DNA from: Rickettsiales bacterium
Lineage (GTDB): Bacteria > Pseudomonadota > Alphaproteobacteria > Rickettsiales > UBA1997
Direction of reading: 5' to 3'
Length of the DNA: 57,994 bases
Assembly (NCBI GenBank): GCA_965661355.1
Contig: CBFIDI010000003.1
Coordinates: 1-57,994 of the forward strand
Numbering within the stretch: position 1 is the first letter of the stretch; every line of letters starts with the position of its first letter. The translations under genes and the position numbers were made by a program. The notes beneath the pieces are model-generated. The model saw nothing but the letters and a program-made list of their open reading frames with translations, made no database searches and had not been told where the DNA came from. Shown in pieces: positions 8,645-19,662 of the stretch.

Positions 8645-9553
8645 TTATTGTGAAATGTTAAATTAAGATTGTCATATTGTTATAATACTATTTTGTTTTG
8701 GGACAATATATGGCTAAAAACTGTATAATACCAAAGTTGCATCTATAAATCAACTTTTAGACTTTTTTCAGTCGCAATTTATTCATCTGCAGTAATAAAT
8801 ATTAAGATAAATTATATTATTCTAACTTTACGAATAACAATTTATAAGACCAAAACTTTTGCAATATATCGGGTAATATTTCTCATTTTTTACAATAATT
8901 TATCTTAATGAAATTGATTAAAGCTTCTAAGGTCAATTTTAAGGTTAATGTAATATAATATAATATAATGCCATTTTGATCTAGATCTTCACGATGATTC
9001 TTTTACTAAAAAGATAAAATATTTATTACAGTCCTTAAAGATAGTAATTTATATTGTACCAAGCGCCAATTTTTAAATGATAATAAGGGATAGATAATTA
9101 TAATTAGTAAATTTATTGGACAAAAACAAAGTATAAATCTGACGCTTTAAAGGTGGTTGCAAATTACTAACTTTACCTAGCCCTGATATTGGTCTTTTTA
9201 TTTACGCTTTATTTTTAAGTAAAATATTTGAAGCGATAAATTTTTAGTTAGGGGTTGTGTGTTATAAAGATATATAAAGTTTCTGCTGAGAATTCAAATC
9301 AACAAAGAGTAAGTCTAAAAGGTAATAAATAATTGAATTGATGAAAAAAATTTTTATAATATACTCATGATAGAAAATGGGAATATTTTTGTTTATTATT
9401 ATAGTTCTAAAGCTTTACTAAAATAGCATTTGGTTAGAATTAAATAACTTTAACAATCTTTTAAAATATGATTTTTAAATGCTTGATATAGACTTGAAGC
9501 TTCAAGTCTATATTTGTTTAGTTTTGAGTTGGCTTGAGAGAGGTCTTTTTAGC

Positions 9554-9694
9554 TTAAACTGCAAGCTCTTTGCGGCCCTTTGCCCTTCTGGCGTTAATAA
9601 TTTTGCGACCCGATGCTGTTTTCATGCGCGCTCTAAAGCCGTGCTTTCTGGCTCTTTTTATTTTACTTGGTTGCCATGTTCTTTTTGTAGACAT
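9554..9694 (-). CDS. rpmH: 50S ribosomal protein L34 (46 aa; missed by the ORF track)
   Basis: Manual translation [46 protein letters not shown]. Confidence 0.97.
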   Translation of the reverse strand: MSTKRTWQPSKIKRARKHGFRARMKTASGRKIINARRAKGRKELAV

Positions 9695-9911
9695 TGTTCG
9701 TGCTTAAATTTTACTGTTATAGTATAAGTTTAGAGCTAAATATTATAAAATATATTTCTCTAAGTTGCAAGTTTTTATTTTTTATACAATTTTTGATTAT
9801 ATGTGGTTAAATAATAGTTTACCGACTAATTTTTATTAAGAAAAACTAAAAATCAATTAAAATTTGCCACCATTGGCCTTAAGAATTTATTTAGTAAAAA
9901 ATGGTAAAGTT

Positions 9912-11048
9912 CTATTTTTTGCATATTTTGCCATAAGATATGCTTATTTTATCGGCAAGTTCTAGTTGAACCAAAGCTATATTTACAAGCCTTGCGGGTG
10001 CTTGGGTTAAATTTATTATTTCTTCTGTTGTAAATGGAATATAGCTTATTCTGCGCTCTATCTCTTCTTTAACTTTATTGATGTCTTTTTCAGACGGGAA
10101 TCTTGCCGGTTTAAAATCGAATCCCTTTCTCTGTTCTTCTTCAAATTTACCGCTATTGCCGAAAATACCTCTGAGGCGACGCATTTCTTTTAATATTTTT
10201 TCAGAGTTTAGGGTAAATATAGCTCCTTCATCAATTAAGAGATTGCTGCCGTGAGTTCTGGGGTCGGCCGGAAAACCCGGTACGGCAAAAACTTCGCGCC
10301 CCTGATCTAGGGCGAATCTGGCGGTGGCGAGACTTCCGGACTGAACTCCGGCTTCGACCACTACTACGCCATAAGAAATTCCGGAAATTATTCGGTTGCG
10401 CTGAATAAAGTTAGAGCCACGAGGCTTAGCGTTAAAGGGTTGTTCAGAAACTATTACGCCATTTTCCTTCACCTTTTGGTAGAGGTCTTTATTTTCAAAC
10501 GGATAAATATTGTTAATACCGCCGGCAATGACCGCTGCTGTGCCATAGCCAATGCTTCCGCGGTGCGCCGCAGAGTCAATTCCTTTGGCAAGTCCAGAAA
10601 TAACAGGAATTTCTCGCCTTGCAAGATCAAGTGCCATATCTTCGGCGAACCGACAAGCGTGAAAGCTAGCATTTCGGGGTCCAACCATAGCAATGCTGTC
10701 TTCATTTAGGAATTTAGTATTGCCAATTGTTGTCAATATTGGCGCTGGGTCGTAAATTTCGCGCACCATTCTAGGATATTCGTCGTCAAGATAGGTTATG
10801 ATTTTAGCGCCAAAATTTTCGCAATTTTGTAATTCTTGCTCAACTAAAGATTTGTCACAAATTTTTAGCCCTTTTCTAAGGCCTCCATTTTCAGAAAGAT
10901 GGGGGGTTTTTTCAATTGCTTCTTTGGTGTTGCAGTCAAAAATTTCCATAATACGGAAAAATGTTGCTGGGCCAATATTTGCGGTTCTTGCAAGACGGAT
11001 CCAATCGAATTTCTCTTGCCAAGACAAGTTTTTAGCTTTTAGTTTCAT
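9912..11048 (-). CDS. dprA: DNA-processing protein DprA
   Basis: VGPRNAS, ISGLAKGIDSAAH, FIQRNRIISG, VVEAGVQSGSLATA, REVFAVPG. Confidence 0.95.
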   Translation of the reverse strand: MKLKAKNLSWQEKFDWIRLARTANIGPATFFRIMEIFDCNTKEAIEKTPHLSENGGLRKGLKICDKSLVEQELQNCENFGAKIITYLDDEYPRMVREIYDPAPILTTIGNTKFLNEDSIAMVGPRNASFHACRFAEDMALDLARREIPVISGLAKGIDSAAHRGSIGYGTAAVIAGGINNIYPFENKDLYQKVKENGVIVSEQPFNAKPRGSNFIQRNRIISGISYGVVVVEAGVQSGSLATARFALDQGREVFAVPGFPADPRTHGSNLLIDEGAIFTLNSEKILKEMRRLRGIFGNSGKFEEEQRKGFDFKPARFPSEKDINKVKEEIERRISYIPFTTEEIINLTQAPARLVNIALVQLELADKISISYGKICKK

Positions 11049-11264
11049 GATTTTTGGTGTTTCTGGTGTTTTTGTAAATTATGCAAAATAATACTCTTAA
11101 CTTTGCAATTTTTCAAGGATTTTTTAAGGCAATAACATTTTTATCTTCGAGGCCAAGTAAGGACAAAATATTTTTTGTTAAAAAAGCGAAATTTTTATTT
11201 ATAATTTGAGAGCCAGAAAAATATGAATCTTAATTTGGGTAAGTGCCTTAAATTTAACATAAGG

Positions 11265-11405
11265 GCGCGTCTTTAAACTTAAATAGGGGATAAAATATTT
11301 TTAGCAAAAACATTAGAAATCTAGATAGCACAAAGATAGGTTTCTAAATTTTTATGATGATTTTTGTTAAGAAATATGAAGTTCTTATTTAACTTTGAAA
11401 TGTGC
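11265..11405. repeat. ~140-bp nested palindromic element (family D, RPE-like)
   Basis: Three nested imperfect inverted repeats: GCGCGTCTTTAAACTTAAATAG/CTTATTTAACTTTGAAATGTGC, ATATTTTTAGCAAAAA/TTTTTGTTAAGAAATAT, TTAGAAATCTA/TAGGTTTCTAA. Confidence 0.6.
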
Positions 11406-11761
11406 ATTGTGGCTTGGTGATATTATTTTTAATTTGTAACTTAGCTTAACTGTTTGTTTATTAGGCAATATCAAGAAAATGAACATCTAAAAACTTCTAA
11501 TATTGTTAATTTTAATTCTTTAAATATTGAAAATGGCGTCATGTTAAAATTTTAACATAATTTTGCCGTTAAGTGATTTTGTTAATAAATGGCAAAGAAG
11601 GTTGGTGTGATGGCTATTTAAATTTTTTAGATTTTAGTAATAAATTATAAAATGTAAATTATTAATAAAAGTTTGCAAGTTGCTTCAGCAGGTTCTTTTT
11701 TGTACGAATTTATTATATTTTGAATTTGTTATTAAGAAATTTTGAGCCTTATGTCAGTGAG

Positions 11762-13231
11762 CTATTCAAGAGTGTTGGCTTTTTTGATTTTGGTTAAATA
11801 GATATTAATTTCTTTTTTCAAAACTTTACCCAGCAAATAAAGGCCAATAATATTTGGTAAGCACATTGCTAAGGTAATGCTGTCAGTAATGCCAATAATT
11901 GTGTTGAGGTTTAATAGGCCGCCTGAAATAAATAAAAAAACGCAATAAATAAAGTAATATATTTTTATATTAGCTTTGCCAAAAATATAACGAAAAGCAC
12001 TAGCGCCATAATAGCCATAAGTTATTACGGTTGAATAAGCAAAAAGGAATATTACTATCATTAAAATATAAGAAAGCCAGACAGAAACCGACTCGAAAGC
12101 CATAGAGGTAATTTGAATTCCTTCGAGGCTGTTTATTTGGTAAGCCTTTGTAACAACTATAACTAGGCCAGTCATAGTGCAAATTATTACGGTGTCGATA
12201 AATGAGTTGAGGCCGCCAAGAAGCCCTTGCCTAACTGGCTCGGAAGTTTTTGCGGCGCTATGAGTGATGGAATTTATGCCAAGACCAGAAGCGTTTGAAA
12301 ATATTGCCCTTTTGACTCCAGCTATAATTGCCCCTGTCATGCCACCAGCAATTGCTTTTATATCGAACGCTTTTTGAAATATTAAACCAAAGGCCGGAAT
12401 TATTTTGTCGTAATTAATAGTTAAAACTATTAAGCAAATTGTTATATATAGCGCAACCATTATCGGAACAATTAATTCTGTAAGGTTGGCTATTCTTTTT
12501 AGGCCGCCAATTAAAACAAGACCGGTCATTATTGAAAGAAATAAAGAAATATAGTTGCTATATCCTTTTAATATATCGGCGTTTGTAGTAACAATGATTG
12601 TTGCTTGGTTAATTTGAAACATTGAAACGCCAATTGATCCTAATAAACAAGTTGCGGCAAAGGCAAAAGCTAAAGCTAGACCGGTTTTTTTACGATTAAT
12701 ATCGGCAAGCCCAAATCTTAAATAACAAAAAGGTCCGCCGCGAACGGTGCCGTCGGCGTCAATTTTACGATATTTTACACTCAGCGTAGTTTCTGCTAAA
12801 GACATCGCCATGCATAAAAAGCCCATTGCAACCATCCAAAAAATTGCTCCAACGCCGCCAAGGGCTATGGCAATTGCAACGCCAGCAATATTACCAATGC
12901 CGACGGTTGAAGCAATTGTTGTAATAACTGATTGCACCGGAGATATTTCGCCTAAATCATGTTTTGAAGAGAATTTCTGTGAGTTAAATAATACTTTGAC
13001 CGAATGTGCAAAAAGTCGGAAATTAACAAACTTTAAAGTAATACTGAAAAATATTGCGGCAAAAGCAATCCAAATAACTAAAAAAGGAACCCCTTCAAAG
13101 CCACAGTTTGAAAGCTTTTGCGCCATGCAGCTAGTATAATTTTTGCCTTGAAAAAAAGGGTAATATAATATTGTGTCTATATCTTTTGAAAGGTTTTGAA
13201 AGAAATTATTTAAAACTTGTTTTGTAGACAT
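11762..13231 (-). CDS. Alanine/glycine:cation symporter (AGCS/AlsT family)
   Basis: STVGIGNIAGVAIAIALGGVGAIFWM, GGPFCYL, KRAIFSNASGLG, FIDTVIICTMTGLVI. Confidence 0.93.
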   Translation of the reverse strand: MSTKQVLNNFFQNLSKDIDTILYYPFFQGKNYTSCMAQKLSNCGFEGVPFLVIWIAFAAIFFSITLKFVNFRLFAHSVKVLFNSQKFSSKHDLGEISPVQSVITTIASTVGIGNIAGVAIAIALGGVGAIFWMVAMGFLCMAMSLAETTLSVKYRKIDADGTVRGGPFCYLRFGLADINRKKTGLALAFAFAATCLLGSIGVSMFQINQATIIVTTNADILKGYSNYISLFLSIMTGLVLIGGLKRIANLTELIVPIMVALYITICLIVLTINYDKIIPAFGLIFQKAFDIKAIAGGMTGAIIAGVKRAIFSNASGLGINSITHSAAKTSEPVRQGLLGGLNSFIDTVIICTMTGLVIVVTKAYQINSLEGIQITSMAFESVSVWLSYILMIVIFLFAYSTVITYGYYGASAFRYIFGKANIKIYYFIYCVFLFISGGLLNLNTIIGITDSITLAMCLPNIIGLYLLGKVLKKEINIYLTKIKKANTLE

Positions 13232-13412
13232 TGACTTTTAAAAATTTAAAGTTATTTTAAATGTTGAACGCGAAAGATCTTGCAAAATAACTTAAGAAAG
13301 CGTTTTGCGCCTAATATTAAAAATTAATTGAAACGCTAACTTAAATTATAGGCCGATTGAATTATTAAAATTCAGGCTTTTAATTTTTTTAAATAAAGAA
13401 CTGATATTTTAG

Positions 13413-14675
13413 ATGGTAGTACAAGCAAAAAAATATTCAATAGTAAATTTAATTAAAAATTCATTTTCTTATCACGAAAATTGGCAAAAAGCTTGGAAAA
13501 GCCCCGCGCCAAGGAAGTCTTATGATGTAATAATTATTGGCGGTGGCGGTCATGGATTGGCAAGTGCTTATTATTTAGCGAAAAATTACGGCATAAAAAA
13601 TGTTGCGGTGCTTGAAAAAGGCTATATTGGCGGTGGAAATACCGGAAGAAACACAACAATTATTCGTTCGAATTATTTATTTGATGAATCTTCAAGGCTT
13701 TTTGATTTAAGTTTAAAATTATGGGAAGGTTTAAGCTCGGACCTGAACTTTAATGTTATGTTTTCGCAAAGGGGAGTTTTGAATTTGGGTCACACTTTGC
13801 AATGTATGCGAGATATCAAAAGAAGAGTTAACGCCAATAGGTTAAACGGAATTGACAGCGAAATTTTAAATGCCCAAGAAGTTAAAGAATTTTGCCCGCA
13901 AATTAACATTTCTAAAGATGCAAGATATCCAGTTATGGGCGCGTCTTTACAAAGAAAAGCCGGAACCGCCAGACATGACGCTGTGGCTTGGGGTTATGCG
14001 CGAGCAGCAGATAGCTACGGAGTTGACATAATTCAGAATTGTGAAGTTAAAAATTTAAAAATTGATAAAGGTGCCATTGTAGGAGTTGAAACAACAAAAG
14101 GCTATATTGGAGCAAAAAAAGTAGGAATTGCGGTTGCGGGTCATTCTAGTGTTTTGGCCGATATGGCTGGTTTTAGGTTGCCAGTTAATAGTCGCCCGCT
14201 TCAAGCTTGCGTGTCAGAGCCAGTTAAGCCAATTCTTGACACGGTCGTAATGTCAAATCATGTTCATGCTTATGTTAGTCAAACCGATAAAGGTGATATT
14301 GTAATTGGTTCTGGAACCGATGCTTACAATGGCTATGGCCAGCGCGGAAGCGTTCATATTGTCGAGCATTCAATTGCGGCCGTGCTTGAGCTTTTTCCGC
14401 AATTTAAAAGAATTAAATTTAATCGCCAATGGGGCGGAATTGTTGATGTTTGCCCCGATGCTTGCCCTATTGTTGGCAAAACTCCTGTGAAGAATTTATT
14501 TTTAAATTGCGGTTGGGGAACTGGTGGTTTCAAAGCCACACCCGGCTCTGGCTATGTTTTTGCTCATACAATTGCTAAAGACGAACCACATAAGGCAAAT
14601 GCACCATTTTCATTAGACAGATTTACAACGGGAGATTTAATAGATGAGCATAACGCCGCTGGTGTTGCACATTAA
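13413..14675 (+). CDS. soxB: Sarcosine oxidase subunit beta
   Basis: [64 protein letters not shown]. Confidence 0.96.
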   Translation: MVVQAKKYSIVNLIKNSFSYHENWQKAWKSPAPRKSYDVIIIGGGGHGLASAYYLAKNYGIKNVAVLEKGYIGGGNTGRNTTIIRSNYLFDESSRLFDLSLKLWEGLSSDLNFNVMFSQRGVLNLGHTLQCMRDIKRRVNANRLNGIDSEILNAQEVKEFCPQINISKDARYPVMGASLQRKAGTARHDAVAWGYARAADSYGVDIIQNCEVKNLKIDKGAIVGVETTKGYIGAKKVGIAVAGHSSVLADMAGFRLPVNSRPLQACVSEPVKPILDTVVMSNHVHAYVSQTDKGDIVIGSGTDAYNGYGQRGSVHIVEHSIAAVLELFPQFKRIKFNRQWGGIVDVCPDACPIVGKTPVKNLFLNCGWGTGGFKATPGSGYVFAHTIAKDEPHKANAPFSLDRFTTGDLIDEHNAAGVAH

Positions 14676-14687
14676 AAAGGAGAAAAA

Positions 14688-14951
14688 ATGTTAATAATAG
14701 ATTGTCCATATTGCGGAAAAAGAAATGAATTAGAGTTTAGTTATGGCGGTGAAGCTCATATAAAAAGACCTGAAGATCCTTCAAAACTTAGCGATAAAGA
14801 GTGGGCAGATTATGTTTTTATGAATAGTAATAATAAGGGCCAATATAAAGAATTGTGGTATCATGTGGCAGGGTGCAGAAAATGGTTCAACGCCGAGCGC
14901 GACACGGTAACTTATAAAATTAATCGCTGTTACAAAATTGGCGAAAAATAA
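14688..14951 (+). CDS. soxD: Sarcosine oxidase subunit delta
   Basis: CPYCG..EFSYGGEAHI.RP...HVAGCRKWFNAERDTVT; AAGGAG RBS. Confidence 0.95.
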   Translation: MLIIDCPYCGKRNELEFSYGGEAHIKRPEDPSKLSDKEWADYVFMNSNNKGQYKELWYHVAGCRKWFNAERDTVTYKINRCYKIGEK

Positions 14952-14981
14952 ATTGCAATAAGTGAATAGGAAGATAAAGAA

Positions 14982-17900
14982 ATGACAGCAAAAAGAATTA
15001 AAAATACAGCAAAGCAGAAAATTAATTTTACTTATAACTCAAAAAAATATATTGGCTTTAAAGGCGATAGTTTGGCGGCGGCGTTAATTGCTAATAATGT
15101 TAGCGTTGTAACTAGAAGTTTTAAATATCGTAGAAAGCGTGGCGTTATGACATCTGGCGCTGAAGAGCCAAACGCTTTAATGCAAATTGATTTAGGCGCA
15201 AAAACAATTCCCAATATTAAAGCAACACAAATTGAAATTTATGAAGGTTTGGTTGCAAAAAGTGTTAACTCGGGCAAAAATCCTAATTTTGACTTGGGAG
15301 CTATTATTGGTTTATTCTCAAAATTTATTCCGGCTGGGTTTTACTATAAAACTTTTATGTGGCCAAAATCATTTTGGATGAAATATGAATATTTTTTGAG
15401 GAAATTTGCCGGTTTTGGCAAAAGCCCTAAAGAAGAAGATCCCGATTTTTATGACCATGTGAATTACCATGTTGATATTTTAATTGTTGGCGCTGGTTTA
15501 TCCGGAATTGCAGCAGCAAAAAGCGCCTTAAAAAGTGGCGCACGAGTTTTGTTAGTTGATGAAAACCCAGAAATAGGCGGTAAATCACTTTATCAAAATA
15601 TTAAAATTGATGGCAAGAATTCTAAAAAATATATTGCACAGGCAAAAAAACAGTTAGACGAGGATAAAAATTTAAAAATTTTAACTTACAGTACTGCTTT
15701 TGGATATTATGATCATAATTTGGTTTATGTTAATGAAAGAAAAGAGGAAAAATTAAGGAAAGAAGGCAAAAAAACAATACAAAAATTGGCGCGAGAAAGA
15801 ATTTGGAAAGTTAGAGCGAAAAAAGTAATTCTGGCAACGGGTGCAATTGAAAGGCCGATTATTTTTGAAAATAACGATAAACCGGGTGTTATGATGGCGG
15901 ACTCGGTTTTGAAATATTTGAATTATTATGATGTGTTACCAGGAGAAAACCCAGTTATTTTTACCAATAATGACAGCGCTTACAATCTTGCCTTTGCATT
16001 ACTTGAAAATAAAGTAAATATTGCTGGAATTATAGATGTAAGAAATGAAATTGACGAAAAAATTATTCAAAAACTAGCGGGAGAAGTTAAGATTTATAAA
16101 GGTTATGCTCTTCAAAGGGCAAATGGAAATAAAGGGGTTAGCTCGGTTACTATTAGAAAAATTGCCGATGATAAAAAATTATTAACGGGTGAGAAAATTA
16201 AAATAAAATGTGATTTGGTCGCGGTTTCTGGTGGTTTTAATCCGGTAATTCATCTAAGTTCACAATCGGGCGCAAAGGCAATTTATAATGATAAAAAAGC
16301 AACATTCTTACCAGGTAAACCAGTGCAAGAAGAGGTTTCTGTTGGCTCTTGCAAGGGTGACTATTTAGCTCAAAGCTGCTTTGATGAGTCTTTTAAAGTT
16401 GGTCAAAAAATTGTCAAAGATCTTGGTTTCAAGCCTGCAAGGGCAAAAGAAGTTAAGATTGAAGAATTGAATTTAGAAGGTTTTGAAAATTACTTTATTG
16501 TTAAAGATAATAAGTCATATTTAAGATCAGGTAAGCAATTTATTGATATGCAAGGTGATGTAACAAGTTCTGATATCGAGCTTGCGGCGCGTGAAGGTTA
16601 TGAATCAATCGAGCATGTTAAAAGATATACTGCCCTAGGATTTGGCACAGACCAAGGAAAAATTGGCAATATAATTGGCATTTTAATTTTAGCTGACATT
16701 CTAGGTAAAAAGCCGCAAGAAGTCGGCACAACAACTTTTAGGCCAGCATATACACCAGTTACTTTTGGGGCTTTTGCCGGACAAAATACAAAAGAACTTT
16801 ACGACCCAGTTAGAAAAACGCCAATTCATAAATGGCATATTGAAAATGGAGCTTTGTTTGAAGATGTCGGCCAGTGGAAGCGGGCTTGGTATTATTCGAA
16901 AAAAGGCGAAAAAATGCAAGATTCTTTAAATCGCGAAACGCTTTCGGCTCATAATTCGGCCGCAATAATGGACGCCACCACGCTTGGCAAAATTGACATT
17001 AAGGGTCCAGACGCTGCTAAGTTTTTGAATATGGTTTATACTAATAGTTGGCTAAAATTAGGCATTGGAAAATGTCGTTACGGAATTATGCTTGGCGAAG
17101 ATGGAATGATTATTGACGATGGCGTAACAATGCGCTTGGCTGAAGATCATTATGTAATGACAACAACGACGGGTGGCGCGGCTAGAATTTTACAATTTCT
17201 AGAATTTTGGTTGCAAACCAAGTGGCCAAATTTGAAAGTATATTTAACTTCTTTAACCGATCATTACGCGGCAATGGCAATTTCGGGGCCTAATAGCCGT
17301 AAAATTATGAAGAAAATATTTAAAGATGTTGATTTTTCAAAAGATGATTTTCCTTTTATGTCATTTAAAGATATTGAATTTAAAGGTGTAAAGTTGAGAA
17401 TTTTAAGAATTAGCTTTACGGGCGAGTTATCTTATGAAATACATATTAATGCAAATTACGCAAGATCGATGTGGGATTTAGTGATGAAAGAGGGTAAGCG
17501 GTTCAATATTACTCCTTACGGAACTGAGGCAATGCATATTTTACGCGCCGAAAAGGGTTTTATTATTGTGGGTCAAGATACTGACGGAACGCTTACCCCG
17601 TCTGATGCGAATATGAATTGGGCAGTTGGCAAGAAAAAGTCTGACTTTTTAGGAATGCGCTCTTTATCGCGCCCCGATATGATTAAAAAAGGAAGAAAAC
17701 AGCTTGTTGGCCTTGAAACTGAAAATTCTCAAGACATAATTGAAGAAGGTTCACAAATTGTCGATGATAAAAGTCAAGATAAGCCACTGAAAATGCACGG
17801 CCATGTTACTTCAAGTTATTATAGTGCAATTTTAAAAAAATCGATTGCTTTAGCTTTGATTAAAGATGGATTGTCGCGCGAGGGCGACTTTATTTACGCA

Positions 17901-17984
17901 ATGTCGCAGGGTAAAGAGCCAATAAAAGCGAAAATTGTTTCAGCGGTATTTTATGATCCAAAAGGAGAGCGTCAAAATGTCTAG
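14982..17984 (+). CDS. soxA: Sarcosine oxidase subunit alpha
   Basis: RSFKYR, PAGFYYKTFMWP, EHVKRYTALGFGTDQGK, GTTTFRP, GcvT-like C-terminal half (RISFTGELSYEI). Confidence 0.96.
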   Translation: MTAKRIKNTAKQKINFTYNSKKYIGFKGDSLAAALIANNVSVVTRSFKYRRKRGVMTSGAEEPNALMQIDLGAKTIPNIKATQIEIYEGLVAKSVNSGKNPNFDLGAIIGLFSKFIPAGFYYKTFMWPKSFWMKYEYFLRKFAGFGKSPKEEDPDFYDHVNYHVDILIVGAGLSGIAAAKSALKSGARVLLVDENPEIGGKSLYQNIKIDGKNSKKYIAQAKKQLDEDKNLKILTYSTAFGYYDHNLVYVNERKEEKLRKEGKKTIQKLARERIWKVRAKKVILATGAIERPIIFENNDKPGVMMADSVLKYLNYYDVLPGENPVIFTNNDSAYNLAFALLENKVNIAGIIDVRNEIDEKIIQKLAGEVKIYKGYALQRANGNKGVSSVTIRKIADDKKLLTGEKIKIKCDLVAVSGGFNPVIHLSSQSGAKAIYNDKKATFLPGKPVQEEVSVGSCKGDYLAQSCFDESFKVGQKIVKDLGFKPARAKEVKIEELNLEGFENYFIVKDNKSYLRSGKQFIDMQGDVTSSDIELAAREGYESIEHVKRYTALGFGTDQGKIGNIIGILILADILGKKPQEVGTTTFRPAYTPVTFGAFAGQNTKELYDPVRKTPIHKWHIENGALFEDVGQWKRAWYYSKKGEKMQDSLNRETLSAHNSAAIMDATTLGKIDIKGPDAAKFLNMVYTNSWLKLGIGKCRYGIMLGEDGMIIDDGVTMRLAEDHYVMTTTTGGAARILQFLEFWLQTKWPNLKVYLTSLTDHYAAMAISGPNSRKIMKKIFKDVDFSKDDFPFMSFKDIEFKGVKLRILRISFTGELSYEIHINANYARSMWDLVMKEGKRFNITPYGTEAMHILRAEKGFIIVGQDTDGTLTPSDANMNWAVGKKKSDFLGMRSLSRPDMIKKGRKQLVGLETENSQDIIEEGSQIVDDKSQDKPLKMHGHVTSSYYSAILKKSIALALIKDGLSREGDFIYAMSQGKEPIKAKIVSAVFYDPKGERQNV

Positions 17985-18588
17985 TTTAAAAAAAGAAAGC
18001 CCATTAGAATTCTTGAATTTAGAAGAGAAAATAAATAATTCTGATCTAAAAAAATCTAAAATCTTAGCTTCTCAAATTAAATTTTGCGGCTTTCTGAACT
18101 TGAGGGGGGTTTTTAATGATATTTCTCAGGAAATTAATTCTATTTTGAATTTAAAATTACCGCAAAAGGTTAATAAATTTGTTGAAAATGATGAATTTAG
18201 AGTTTTTTGTTTATCGCCAGATGAATGGCTTGTTGTAACAAAAGAAGATTGCGAAGATAAAGTAAAAGAAAAAATTGATGAAGCATTAAGTAAAAAGTTT
18301 TACGCCTTAACAAATGTAACTGGTGGCAATATTATTTTACGACTTAAAGGAGAAAATATGCGCGAACTTTTAAATAAAGGAAGTGATATTGATTTTCATC
18401 AAGACTATTTTCAAATTGGAGATTTGGCGCAGACCCAAATTGCGCACTCGGTTGCCTTTGTTGCCAGAACAGGCGATGATGTTTTTGACATTGTTGTAAG
18501 AAGAAGTTTTGCGGAATATTTATGGTTATTTTTCGAGAAAAATGCTGCTGAATATGGTTTTGCGGTGGTTGATAAAATTGATATTTAA
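17977..18588 (+). CDS. soxG: Sarcosine oxidase subunit gamma
   Basis: LSPDEWLV, VVRRSFAEYLW; ATG at 17977 after AGGAG, overlapping the soxA stop. Confidence 0.9.
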   Translation: MSSLKKESPLEFLNLEEKINNSDLKKSKILASQIKFCGFLNLRGVFNDISQEINSILNLKLPQKVNKFVENDEFRVFCLSPDEWLVVTKEDCEDKVKEKIDEALSKKFYALTNVTGGNIILRLKGENMRELLNKGSDIDFHQDYFQIGDLAQTQIAHSVAFVARTGDDVFDIVVRRSFAEYLWLFFEKNAAEYGFAVVDKIDI

Positions 18589-18721
18589 TTTTATATGCAT
18601 AAAAACCTGTTGTAAGTTTTGCAATATGATATATGTGAGATTTTTTGACTAAAACTTATATGAACTCAATATCGCAAAGTTAAAATGGAGTAAGATCAAA
18701 AAGATAAAGTCTAAAACTGAC

Positions 18722-19489
18722 TTAGTTTTTAATTTTGTAACTTTTTTTTAACATTGTAAATAAAATAATACTAAGTGTTAAATTCAGTCCAACAATATAA
18801 AGCATTCCAAAAGTTAAGTTACCGTCACTATGGCCAGTTAGGGCGTAACGAAAACCATCTATCATATAAAAAAATGGATTAAAATGAGCGACATTTTTCC
18901 AAAAATCAGGTAAAGCATTTGTTGAATAAAAAGTTCCGGACAAGAAAGTTAAGGGCGTAATTAAATAACTTGTAACGGCTGACATTTGATCGAAAGTTTC
19001 AGATATTATTCCACATAAAATTCCGAGCAGACCTAAAAACATACAAGCAAAAAATAAATAGAAGAAGGCGTGCAACGGGTGGATGATGTCAAGGTCAACA
19101 AATGGCATAATTGCTACCCAAGCGACAACAGAAACCATTAATCCGCGCAAAAGTGCACCAAGGCCAAAAGCTAAAAGAATTTCAAGTGGACCTAGCGGTG
19201 GAATTAAATAATCTATAAAATGCCCCAAAACTCTACCCATAACCATTGAAGATGAAGAATTGGCGAATGAATTTTGCATCGAAGCCATCATGATTAATCC
19301 GGCCGAGACAAAAACCGAAAACTCAACGCCACCAATTTCACGCAAATGATTGCCGACAGCAAGGGTAAAAACGGCCAAAAATAACATTATATTAACCACT
19401 GGCGACAATAAAGTTTGATGATAGACCTTCATAAATCGCCAAATCTCTTTTTTTAATAATGTGTATGCGCCGAACCAGTTTATTGACAT
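18722..19489 (-). CDS. ABC-2 type transporter permease (YadH-like)
   Basis: KEIWRFMKV..QTLLSP, FANSSSS, ITPLTFLSGTFYS, NPFFYMIDGFRY. Confidence 0.9.
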   Translation of the reverse strand: MSINWFGAYTLLKKEIWRFMKVYHQTLLSPVVNIMLFLAVFTLAVGNHLREIGGVEFSVFVSAGLIMMASMQNSFANSSSSMVMGRVLGHFIDYLIPPLGPLEILLAFGLGALLRGLMVSVVAWVAIMPFVDLDIIHPLHAFFYLFFACMFLGLLGILCGIISETFDQMSAVTSYLITPLTFLSGTFYSTNALPDFWKNVAHFNPFFYMIDGFRYALTGHSDGNLTFGMLYIVGLNLTLSIILFTMLKKSYKIKN

Positions 19490-19662
19490 AATTGAATTTA
19501 CGAGTTATAATTATAATGTTTTAGGTTAAGTGCTCTAATTTTTCAGTTAGCAGCTTTAGATATTTATTAAAAAGCAGATTTTTATCATTTTCTATCTAAA
19601 TTTACCTAATTTTAGTTATTTCTTAAAGATTTTATTGTAAAAATCACATAATTTTGTATTTC

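Noticed and set aside
9479-9727. 82-aa + strand ORF
   Set aside because: Antisense shadow of rpmH (9554-9694, minus strand).
13232-13412. Glycine riboswitch between the symporter and soxB
   Set aside because: No GGAGA...CCGAAG...CTCTCAGG core on either strand.
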